From Balanoglossus misakiensis (taxonomy: Eukaryota; Animalia; Hemichordata): a DNA stretch of 64,000 bases. Made by a program: the position numbers and the translations under genes. The stretch lies in contig CM082581.2 of the NCBI GenBank assembly GCA_040954595.2, forward strand, positions 10,229,099 through 10,293,098, given 5' to 3'. Of the stretch, positions 37,201-51,100 are shown piece after piece. The first letter of the stretch is position 1. Each line of letters begins with the position of its first letter. The notes beneath the pieces were generated by a model, which saw only the letters and a program-made list of their open reading frames with translations, was not told the origin of the DNA and made no database searches.

Positions 37201-38742
37201 GAAACCAATCAAGTGGTAGAGTTGAAGAAGACCGATTTGCCAGATACTGGGAATCAATCAGTTTGCGTCACTCATGTGGTTAGTCCCAGTGAGTTCTATG
37301 TCCAGCTGGTAACTGAAGACACAGCCCATGCACTAGCCGATCTGATGACAGCAGTCAATACACACTACCTGAGCCAATCGCCCATCAGCTGCCCAATCAA
37401 GACTGGACGACTTTGCTGCGCCAAGTTCAGCCAAGACCAAGCCTGGTACAGAGCAGTTGTGGCTGACCGTACTGCCGGGTCAAAAGTGAAAGTTCAATTT
37501 GTTGATTTTGGAAACTTCGACGAAGTCTCCAAAGAAGACGTCCAACCGTTGGATGAGAAGTTCACCTCTACACCAATCCTTGCCATTGCATGTGGTCTGA
37601 GTGGTGTGACTGGCACTTTGGAAGGTGGTCAGTGGGCTGAGGAAACAGTCCAGGCGTTTACAGAGGAGGTGAGGGACATCTGAGATTTTAGCCAAAAATC
37701 TTGAGCATGTTTTGATATCCTACATTGTAGTTTATAAACTGCTCATAGAGAAAATTATTGTAAACTTCTTACCCAGCAGAACCCACAAGATCACAATTAC
37801 ACATTATGAGATAGTTGCCGATTACCATTTTGTTATAAGAACATTATTGCCCCAGTATGCCTTGTAGCAACCCAACACAAATTAAATATATTGCTGAGGA
37901 CAAGTTGTGCAGAAAGACAATATGTTTCTTGGAACCGGACAGTTTTGCTTCTCTTCCCATCCTTGTTGGGGACAACTAATGACAGTCTCACATTATCTTC
38001 ACTCACTCCAGATTCTGAACAAGCAGTGTTTGGTTAGAGTAGTTGGCAAGACGGCCAACGTGAGCAAGGTGGAATTGTTCAGTGATGGGTGTGAAGATGC
38101 AAGTATCAATCAACTCTTGATCGCTGCAGAGTTGGCTGTCCCAGAGGAAGAAGACGACATTGGATGTGAAGATGCCAAGAGCACTGAAGTGACAAGTGAT
38201 GCAGACACTAGCAGTGTTCAAGTCACAGGGAGTGTTGACCCGGTAGAAGACACAGGTGAGCATTGAATTGCTGATACTAATTAATTGCCATATCATTGCT
38301 GTACAGTTGTGGTTATCTTTGAAACTTTTGTGACGTGTAAATTACTGTTTTTGTTTGTTTGATAAAAACAGGCATTGTAGCCTGGGATGGTTCTGGTCTG
38401 GATAACAAAATGATGCACGGCGTGGTAACAGGGGTGGATGGAACATTGACCGAGTTAGTAGTAGTGGACCAGGCTGCCGCCGACCGAGTCATCATCAGTG
38501 ACAAACTGGTGGAAAATGGTCATGCTGTCTGGAAAGAGCCAAAGATGGTGAAAGCTGATGGGCTCCAGGGTCCAGGCGCTGACAAGGCGTCCAGCGTAGA
38601 TGTTAGTGTCAAGATGGAGTCTTCTGTAATGGAGACTTTGTTGAAAGAGAATATCGCAATGAGAGCTTTGATGGAGTCTCAACAGAAACAGATCCAACAA
38701 ATGCTGGAGATGTTAAAAGAGTTGAGATCCAGAAAACAGTAG
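31250..38742 (+). CDS. TDRD1: RRM + MYND zinc finger + four extended Tudor domain protein (TDRD1/Vreteno-like, piRNA pathway), multi-exon
   Basis: Exon 1 is 31250-31425 (…DWNPMKEDF…). The RRM spans exons 2-4 (RNP2 VYVMGIP; RNP1 CGYG|FVTF). The MYND finger reads CMYC..|..[25 protein letters not shown]. Four Tudor cores are present: [49 protein letters not shown] and [17 protein letters not shown] coiled-coil tail ends at the stop at 38742. GT-AG phases checked for several junctions are consistent. Confidence 0.85.
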
Positions 38743-39799
38743 TGATAATAGTCAATACCACAGGGTTTGTACACTCCCTGGTTAGTCAGCAAATATATTC
38801 ATTTGAAAAATGCTGAATTAGACACAGCTGCTTCGTTTTTGTTGTTTTTTCCAGTGTCAACATACAATGTTGAAAAAAAAATTCATACCTGCAAAATCAA
38901 AAATTGTTAGCTGCTTTTTCCAAATGAATGTATCATCTAAACTTATTTTTCCCAGTTCCAAGGTTCAGAGGAAACAACAATGAGAATTTGGATTCGATGA
39001 TTTCCATACAAAAAAAGAAAGAAAAAAGAGCGATATGCCTTTTGTAATCATGAATTGATTTTCATTAATGTCTGATTTTATAACATCAGAAATGTTAATT
39101 TTGGTAATCTTTGTGAGAAATCATGTTGGGAATCTTTTCAGTCAAGTCAAGGTCTAAAATAACGGACCAATTTCAGCAAATACGTTTCTGTTCTGTTCAG
39201 TGGTAAAAATCTTCTAGTCCAAAAGTAGAACTTGGTCTACAGCTAGAAGTACCAATAGTTTACTCAGTAGAGGATAATGCCTTTCATCTTTGATACTGTT
39301 CCATTTCAAAGAGAAGTTTCTGGATTCTTTATCTTGTTGTATTTGAAATGTTTGTTGAATTAAAGTTCATAAATCATACTTGTAGTGTTATGTTTTTATT
39401 ATCTCGGTGCATCTTTAATTTGGCCATGAGCAAGTGATGGTCAATGTGTACGTTGGGGGCGCTATACCAAGCCCTTGACTTGCCACATCAAAATTAGTCA
39501 TTGGATTTATACATTTTGACATTCAGAACACGCTTACTTACTATATATTTGTTAATTACATGTACTCGATAAGTTTGTTACTTTGCTGCTATATTTACTC
39601 AGTTTAAACTTTTATGAATGGCCACTTCTTGAAGATTGCTAAAAGTAACAACTGGAGTAGAAAGATGTCACCAGCTGTTAAACTGATAGCTGCATAGTAT
39701 ATGATAAATTGGTAACTAATGCACGTTTACTTGATTTGCGTAAGAACTGTTTTATTCGTGTATTTTTAAGCAGCTATATTCAAATTATCCTCCCAAGTT

Positions 39800-39925
39800 C
39801 CATGAAACCGGCAACTTTAATGAGCATGCGCTGTATCCGTAATTCTTACTTCCGGTTCATTCCACTGTCACCGTACCTGGGCCGAGGAGGACGTTCAAAC
39901 AGATTGATAGAAATATTGTAAAACC
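39800..39925 (+). promoter_or_regulatory. WDR54 proximal promoter
   Basis: NRF1-like GAGCATGCGC (about 39822) and ETS ACTTCCGG (about 39848) lie within about 100 nt upstream of the ATG. Confidence 0.5.
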
Positions 39926-42422
39926 ATGTATCAAAGAGACAAATCGGTTCAGCTCAAAGGCAGCGCATCATGCCTCTACAATAACCTCAGCATTTTGTCA
40001 ATGCCTGACAAGAATCTAACCAGTTACGCGGTTGTACACAAAACGGTAGTGAACATCGCGAACTGCAGCGGAGACGCAACGAACATCCAACACCGATCGG
40101 TCAGCTGCAAAGAGATGGGAGCGGGAGGAAATTCTATGGTGTTGCAGGTGAGAATCGGCTGGGTACAACTGTAAATGTCATTGTTAAACTCATCTGGTAG
40201 GATTTACCCCCTGGCTTACGCGAAAGGGCAATGCTATAACGTCAGCAAAGTCACGTCAACTCAATGAATGGTAGACCTGGCTTGTCTGGAAACCGTTGCC
40301 ATTAGCAACAGGATTGATGTCATTATGCAGCTTACTGGATCGATGCAAGAATGATGGTATACTAGTGCTATCAACAGTTGGTTAGGTCACACAGTGATGT
40401 TCTGACTAGCTCTATTCTGTGACTATAATGTTTTCACTTATCCTCTTCTTTCTGCAGGCTAAATTCTGTGAGTTCCCAACAAGAAACATGTTGGCAATTT
40501 TATCTCAGAGGGGTATACAGGTATGTTTATCATGGTGCCATTACTTTTAATGCACTTTTATCTGATTTTCTAACTTTGAATATATTTTCTGGTGCTGTCA
40601 TTTACTGCTGTTGATATTATATCTTTGATTCTGCAGATATTTGAGGCTGATGGTTCAATAATGCTGTTTTGGCATTCATTTGGTAGTTCTGACAGTGGAC
40701 AAGGTATGGTTATTTTTCTCTTCTTTTTGTGTGAAAAAACATCAAAGCAAGTATGATCTGATATACATTAGCTTTGTTGGTGGGATAACATGCCTCATAT
40801 TACAACTTTCTAAAATTCATTGCAATATTTTTTGACCAAGTGACAGGATTTGTTTTCTGATAAATATTATTAATCTGATGTCTATTCTTACAGCTGGTGA
40901 GATTTTTGCAAGGGGTGTGACTGCTGTAGGTGACAGTCATATTGTAGTAGGTAAGAATAAGATGGGATCTGGTTATATTAAATGATCAGAATATGTATTA
41001 AAATTAGTATTCAGTCAAATACGAATCACACAGAAACAAAAATGGAATGTATCTGTAATAAAGTAATATACAACTTCTTTGCAAGATGAGTTTCTTGATA
41101 CAGGAAATTCATCTTGCAAAGAAGTTGTACTAATGTACATAATGTACTTGCCATTGGCAAGTACATTATGGGTGCCTGCCATAAATGACCAAGTATTCGT
41201 GAAGAGCTGAGCAATATCCTATCCATGGCTTGAAAACACCATAGCAGTAGTGCTGCCTGCCTGCCTGCCTGCGTGGATAATCTTATTCTCTGTGAACAGT
41301 ATATAATGTTTGACCTATGCCTGTTTTGCCCTGTTTTAAAGTGTTGATCGACTTGTTTGTTGACAGGTACTGCCAAGGGCACATTGCTGGTCTTCAATGT
41401 CCCTCCCAAAGGACCAAACATAACGCTATCAGAGACACTAACTGGGCATTCCTATGCTGTCAGTGATATCCAGAATACAGGCATCGAGATGGCTACTGCC
41501 GATGACAGTGGTTCTATAATAGTGTGGAAGGCGGGAACTCCATTCAGTAGATTAGCAAAGATTAATGGCTCTGGGTAAGATGTGAATGCAGTTCAGTTCA
41601 TGCCGATTTAGTTTTGGAAAATTTGCTTGAAAAATTTGGAAAATGATGCAAACAGCCTTCCTCTCATATGTAAAATGGACCATACCTTTAAAACTCAAGA
41701 ATCATCTTAAATCTTCTTTCTTTCAGTTCCACCTGTTCAGCAGTGTGTTTATTCAGTGGGTATGTCGCGGGGGCATATGGTTCAGGCCACATTCGTATCT
41801 TTAATGCTAACACTGGTAGCTTACATGTAGAGATCTGTGCACATGCCAAATGGATCAATGCGATGGATGTAGCACCATCGGTCGGCTTGGTAAGTTTCCA
41901 CAGTCTTCGTTAAACTTTTCACCCCCAGTTCCCAATTGTCTGTTGCAAAGGACAACTTACACATTGTTGGTCTTAATGAAAGATGTATAATACTGCTTGA
42001 TTTTTTGTCTTTCAGTTGGTCACTTCCAGCGAAGATTCCTTTGTCAGAGTGTGGCAAGTTTCTAAAGGCAATGAATCTTATCCAGAGGTGTGTGTCTCCA
42101 TAGTCTTGTCAGTGGTAGTTGTCATTATAAAATAAAGTTGTATTACTGGTACATCGATTATTTCTGTTGTTGTAGATGCGCAGTCCTATCAGAGCCAGTA
42201 GATGATGGAATGAACGTGAAAATTAAATGATTGGAAAACATTTCAGTCTTGCGTTGAAATATACCATTTCTATGGTCTCTTTTCCAGGTTGACCTCAAGT
42301 TCTCTGAATGTGTAACAGACGTACAGCTGTGTGGGGCAAAGTTCACCAGCAGAAACGGACGAGCCTTCGGTGTGACAGGCTACGATCACAATGAAGTAGT
42401 GTGTTTCTCACAGAAAGCATAA
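39926..42422 (+). CDS. WDR54: WD repeat-containing protein 54, about 8 exons
   Basis: The N-terminus MYQRDKSVQLKGSASCLYNNLSIL matches WDR54. WD exons include GTAKGTLLVFNVP..TADDSGSIIVWK, AYGSGHIRIFN..EICAHAKWINAMD and SEDSFVRVWQ. The last exon is VTDVQLCGAKF..FGVTGYD..QKA*. Confidence 0.92.
40295..40309. promoter_or_regulatory. RFX X-box in WDR54 intron 1
   Basis: GTTGCCATTAGCAAC fits the X-box consensus GTNRCC(N0-3)RGYAAC. Confidence 0.55.
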
Positions 42423-43840
42423 TAGTAGAGTCCAATCCTCTCAAATAACAGATATTATATCCGGTCTATACTCCTTGTCTCTGCACTGTTAGATGTTGAT
42501 TTTCTGATTATAGAAGCTCACACACCCAAAATGCAGTGATGAAACAAAATCCTCACAGGTCACTTTTAGGCAAATGTGAGTCTCTGTACATATCAGCATA
42601 TGTATTGGTAATACGTGTATACATGTAAGAGCACCTGATGCTATTTGCAACTCATCTGTGATAGCGCTGGCCCTGGTAAAGCCATGTGTACTTATTCTTC
42701 TATTTCGGTGTAAAATTACTATTACATATTATAAAGGACAGCACTCTTTGCGCATTTTAACTTTTATAATTACTGCAAGCCATTCACTGCATCTTTTTTA
42801 GTGTACAGTAGTAGATTAAAGTATTACAACAAATGATTTGTCAAGTTTATAGAATTTGATCATGAAACCAAATGATGTATGTTCACATTTTAAAGTTGTT
42901 ACTGTGAAATGAACATGATCTGGATAGCAGGTTTACACAAAGTACAAGTAAGCCTGAGAGTATTCATTTCAGAAGATAGCGGTATCAATCATGTAAGTCT
43001 TTAGTAAGTGATACAATGAAAATGTTACTATGTGTGTGTTCTATATATAATTCTCACCAAAACCCAAAAAGTCTGACTTGTGGAATATTAGCCTCAAACC
43101 GTCCAACACAGGAGAAATGATTTTGATCAATTATATTAATGAGTAGTAGATGTTTTTATTCTTTTACATTCAAGTGATCCACCGGTCTGTACTTTGTCAT
43201 TATTTATTATTGCCTGTGAAAAACAATGTGCATTGTGAAACCAACCAAAATGTGACAATATTTAAAGAAATGTACATTTTTGTTTTCAACCGTGGTCCTA
43301 AATAAAAGTGATGTATTTTGTCCAACTTTTGTGTATCGTAATATAGTTACTTTTACCATATCAACCATAATTGCTAGTGGCCGGCACAAAGTTACTGTTT
43401 TATGGGATTCAGTAAAAAAAAATATTCAATCCTTTTCCTCCCCTCAACAACTGTCTTGCAATCCATCCAACCTATTACTTAACTAACAATAAAGTAAAAA
43501 GGAACACGATACAAATAACGTTGAGAAACCTGTAGCTCGAGTCCGAGCGGCTCGCTGGGGGCGCCCTCGAGCGACGGGCTTTCCAGTCTAGCTGGCCCCA
43601 GGCCTATATTGCCATCGGATCCTTTGGGGACATATAAATCATTCTAAACAGCCTGCAGCTGTCCAAATATTTGCTTTCGTCTACAGCTGTATATGTATCG
43701 AGGGCCATTTTTGCTTTTAACATATGTTTCAAACGGGGCTTTGCACTGTCTGGGTACGGCATGACTCGCATCCGAACAAGAATCAGCAGCTGAATACTAG
43801 TAAAAACACACCATCGTCTGCATGTTTTGAGTGTAACGAA

Positions 43841-45559
<1,719 letters not shown>

Positions 45560-48104
45560 ATGCCAATAACTTATTCCAAGAAAACTTTCATCATGAGTCC
45601 CCACAATGTGTCACTTTCATTTTTAAGAGCTCAACGGAGATCCAGCAAGATTTATTTTATGTAGCTTCAAGACATGACTCGGGAATAAACAAAATTTAAA
45701 ATCTGTATAAAATCATTATTTTCCAATGTGTGTTACTGGAACCACGTTTTAGCTAGGCCTACTAATCAAACAGACTCAGATGCTGTCTTGCAGTTTTTAG
45801 CTGCTTTCTCCTTTTCTGTATATTGTCGACCAAAGGGGTGGGTCTGTGTGCGTTTCCACTTGGTTACATTTTGGCCTGCTGACATTTGGTAAATAGCTCC
45901 TTTTCAGGTGCACAAACCCATATTTGGACAGTAATGCATACATGTGTCTGCAATGGCATAATTTCTTCACCTCTGTGGGTGTGGTACGCCCACTCTGTGC
46001 CTGTGGGATTAGGTCTTTGCAAAACATCTCTCTATCAAAATGCCAACAATCCATTGAGGCGACAGATTTAGATGCTTGTCAAATTATATACGTGCACCAC
46101 ATCCTTATGTCATATTTTGCTAGCTACTTGGATGTAGAAATGTTTTTCATAATAGCTCAGGCTGGCAAGTTTTATTGTCAAATTTAATATTTTCACAACC
46201 TGTTCCGTTGCTCTCCACTGGTTGTTTAGCTGGTTGCCGCCTGCAGCATTGGGCAAGGCACTCAGTCGGGTCATAGTCCCTCCATGTGTGGAGGGACTAG
46301 TGGGTTAGGCCATGTGGACAGACTTTGGTTGTCAATTATTTATATTGTGAATAAAAGCATATTCATTCTTTATATATTCTGTTCAAGTTCATTCTCTTGT
46401 ATTTTGTTGCCACACTTCCCCTATATATCATTATGACCATGGGGTCACACAGAAGACCAATGCGTGTGAGGTACCTCCAACCGCAGGGTTATAAACATAG
46501 ACCAGTCTATGGTAATATTTTGTTTTAACTTCCTCACAGTTTCGCTACTCTAACGACCTTTCTGATTGATCTTCATTTATGAATGTCAAATGTTCAGCGG
46601 TCAGTCTTTTGCTAAGCCCCCTTTTCATACACCGTATTATTGTGCTCAACGCTGTCGAATAAACAGTTGCTGCAGCAAGATAAGGCGGCCACTGATTGGC
46701 TGTTTCTGTTAATACGTCAAAGTCTCCATCCAGATTGCAGAGAACGGTGGGGTTTCCCACGAGTGACATGTTTCGGTTCTTGGCAGTAGCTTGTAGTAAA
46801 AACCAAACTGATCTTTGAAGTTTCAGATATTTTAGAAAATATGGATATGATAAAATAGCCATCTTATTTGTAATACACTGAACACTTCGTCTGTCTTGTC
46901 CATTCTTCCTTCGCACCGCTAACCACCCCCACTTCAATAATAGTTGTGTCAAAATGAGGGCAGCTCTCCAATGAATGATTTTGTACTCTCATACTTGTGA
47001 TCGTCTTCGTCCACCGATCTGCAGCGCGGTCATGTATTACTGAAAGGCAACCATCAGGTAAAGGTTTCACTGACATCTTCGTACTTTTCTCAGACAATTT
47101 CTGGATTCCAAATCTCCATAAACATACTTGTAACCCAGAGACAAAATTCAGGCCAATGATAACCTACACGGTGAAATTTATTTCAAGCGGCGACCCCCGT
47201 TGCTCTTTGAAGTAATGACTGACAGTGACACATATTTCAGTGTGCTGCCGCGATGGTTAGAAACTCAACGTGAACCACTATTTTCGTACGTTTTATAATG
47301 CTTTAAAATTCCAAAATAATGTAACTGTGTTGCATTTAGGTCATGGTATAATTGATCGTTGTAGTTTTCTCACGAAGTGACCATCCAGGGGAACTAAATG
47401 TGTTGTATGTTCATTTCAAACCAATGATCTATAAACATTATCGATTAGAGAAAAATTCAACAGAAGCTTGTCAATTTCGGTTTTCGCTTGTGTGTGGGTC
47501 AATAGGTATTACGTGATGTCATCTGGTATACTTTATCTTGTTGAAGACTGTAATCCATTTGTCGCATTTTAATGTTGACGTGAGTGCCTTGTTGTGTGTA
47601 GTCTGACGGCAGACGCCGTGTCGATTGCACCCCAGGTTAGTGCCTAGTGGGTTTTTAGCGTCCTGCCATGGCGACACGGGGTTTTAAGCAAGGAATTCCA
47701 TGCTAAGTCCCTCCTGGGTGCATTTACATTTACCGTGTGTTTATTTACCTTTTTATAGGCTGCCTAGCTGCTTTGGTTGCCGGCTCAGGAATTTTTTTGC
47801 TTGTTAAATTTCGGGCTGGTGTCGGTGAGAGGACAGGCTGTGATCGGGCTGCATGAAAGACGTGTGATGGCTACCTGAATTGAAAAATAAAAACGCGGCA
47901 GCTGATTTCGAAGTTTAGTTCCATCGCGGGATTGTAATCGTTTTTTGAAATTTACTGAAATATTACTTGATGGGGCCCAAGAAGTGTTGATTGTTACCTA
48001 GAATGGCTACATGAGCAATCGCCTTGTCACCTTTGTGTGATAACTGTTTTGGAAGGCCCTGGGACTGCCAGCTCCATCATTTTATTTCACCTTCGTGAAA
48101 TACT

Positions 48105-51100
48105 ATGATAACACTCATAACTGACAAGTTACAAAACCAGTCTTTGGAAGATGTAAATGTCACTACCTATGAAGAGATAGTAAGTGGATTAATTTTATTG
48201 TCTATTAATTAAGTTTTATGACGTGTGTTTTCCAGTATTGCAATTTATGTCACCTTAATTTTCCATTATTGCATAACTACACCATCAGGATTTTTGATAA
48301 ATTGATGGAAGATGATTTATGACAGGTATATCACTCATTTTTATGAGTAATCTCTTTTTTTCAGATACCATATCGAACACGTAGTAAAGTCAAATGTTGG
48401 AACCTAGGCAGAGTCAAGTCCTTAGGTGAGAGTCATTGGAAGAAATTTGAATATGTTTTTTTATATTTCAACACTCAAAATGATAATTCTGTGTGTGGAA
48501 GTTGGCCCATGTACCGGTAACCTTTGTAAAGGCTATCAACAATCCCTCCAGGTAAACAAATACTGCTATGTAAATTGTTTGTGGATTAAGTGTTGTTGGT
48601 CTAGAATTTTGGTCTTTAAGAAATGCTGTACCATTGCATGCTGTGGAAAACTACCAGCATCGCATGATTTACTGTGGCACACCTTTGAAATTCACACAAT
48701 GTAAAGTGATCTGGGGTAGGGCCACTGTTTGTAGCTTTGCAACAACAACAACAATGATGAATGTTTGTCATGACATGACTACGGTTCGGCTATATGACAA
48801 CTTTGATCATTAAAATGTACATTAAAAACCTAAACTTGACACCAGAGGGACTGACAAAAGTTGTTTGGTTTAACATGGCGTCCTATGCAAAGAGGATTGG
48901 AAAATTTGGGCCAGTATAGACATGGTTCCACAGGCAGGGTTTGGTTTAGACAGGATTCAACGTATATTTAAGTCAGTTATGTCTAAAAGCCTGGCACTAC
49001 CGTAGTGGCATAGACACGTGGCATTTGGATGGCATTTGGGAATAGAGCAATGGGATTAAAATTCAAAGTGATTGTGGTGCATAATTGTAGTGTAAACACA
49101 GACATCCTGATTACAAAAACCACTATCTTTTCCCTCTTTTCACAGAGAATAATGGTGAGAATTTATTTGTTGTGAATGCCCAGACCGCAGAATGTGATTG
49201 GAAGACAATTGGAAACAATAAGCTTGCCGCAAACGTCGGTGACAGCCAACAGCATGGCAGCCGCGGTATTGTAGAAACACCACCCGCATGTCAAACTCAG
49301 TCGGTCCCTCCTAAGAAACGTCACTGCCGATCGCGTTCAACTGGTGAACTCTCAGGAAACACAAAATCAAAATGGCAGCCGAAAGCATCAAGTGTTTGGA
49401 AGCCAGTGCGTACAAAGTACCACAGGGAGCATGCCACCAGCTCACCGCACCAGTTTTCATCCACCCATTGTATCGTCAGCGGGCCCAACTTGCCGATAGG
49501 AATCAATAACTTCTCCACTCCCCCTGAGTCACCAGTCCCCCGCCCTGCATCAGCCAATTTCGACTGCACCGCACCCTGGCTAGACAGTAGCCCCATGAAA
49601 CATGCCCACGCACAGAAAGTTCGCAGCTTGTCCCTGTCGGAAGACCGAATCTCCGACAGCGTCAGACCTTCCCGCATACTCACCCCAGATGTGTATTGTA
49701 AGCAGTTTGGACTACCGCGATGCCGATCGCAACCTTGCGTGCTCGATCGCAAGGCTGGTTTGAAGAGACGAAGGGATGAAGATGTTGCCCGTCCAGCATT
49801 GGATTTCGAAAAGATGAAGCAGGTATGATTTAGTGATAATCCACTGGTTAACCATAATGTTTTCTTGCTCTATTCCCTCTATTATTCATGTTTATTAGGG
49901 ACAGCATGTAATGTGTTTTCAGCTGAATCTACATGGATATGTCACCAGTACTAATAAATGTAGATAGGACTTCATTTTTACACGTTGGTTAAATTAAAGA
50001 TGTTTATGCAATAATGCCGTTGCATAATAACCTGAAGTACAGTATTACAGTCTAATAAGTATGCAAATTAGAATTTAGAGTATATTAACTCTGTCAATTG
50101 TTTGACTCCGTTTGACGGGTGAGATCATCCATTGTAAACAAAATATAATTTCTGCGCAAGAGAGTGGATTAAAGCTCTAACATCACAGATATTAAAAACA
50201 GTATGGGTGCTTGATTCTATAATAACCCCAACTACCAGTATGCTTGGAAACAATACATAGTGCATTCAGTTACATTTCATATTACTAGAATATTAATAAC
50301 TACAAAAAGTAAAAGCAGTTCCACTCTGACATCTGTGACGACTAGTTCATTACTATGCAAGAGATCCGTATGCCTGGAACTTTTTATTGACTATAAATTT
50401 AACCAACCATTATGATTATTTGAATAATCCATGTATGTAGAGCAAGATGACCTACCACCATCTTGTATGTTATAGATAGCCACAGTACATGCTGTGTATG
50501 CATACATGAATTTGATGTATAAATTATGAGCTCAGGGTATGTGATGCAGGTAGGATTAAGGCCTTAATTTATTACAGTGATGTTGATCTCACTAGGAAAA
50601 GAATGATGAGTTTGTTTTGAATTAATCAGACAAGGATTTCTGGTCACAATTTTTTTTTGCAGTATTAGGGTATGGCCATACTGAATTGTTGGCCACTCTA
50701 GACTTATGATCTAATTAATAGCAATGGAAATATATAAAAACTTAAAAAAGTACTTGCTCATATTATTTGCCAATGTTATATTGAAAATTATGTCATCTGG
50801 ACCTGGATTCTGGGTTGTGAAGCATTGTGAACAATTGAAATGAGACTACATCGAAGCTAAAAGTCTAATGAGCTGGCTTGCAGAGCTCACAAAAGCTTCA
50901 GGTATTTCTTCTTTGTCCGTTGTCATGTGATCTGTGGGAAATAGACATGAAAATATGCAGGAGCTGACCTGTGCATTATGGAAGGAGCTTTGCCACATAA
51001 AGGAGACATACATGTACTTTGATGCAAAGATGTATAGCCTGCACATAGTGGTACATTGTAACATACATATTTTCTCCTGTGGCACTTGTAAAGTTTATAA

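Noticed and set aside
49321-49752. 143-aa antisense ORF over FAM53 exon 3, and similar antisense ORFs over other exons
   Set aside because: These are shadow ORFs of real coding exons.
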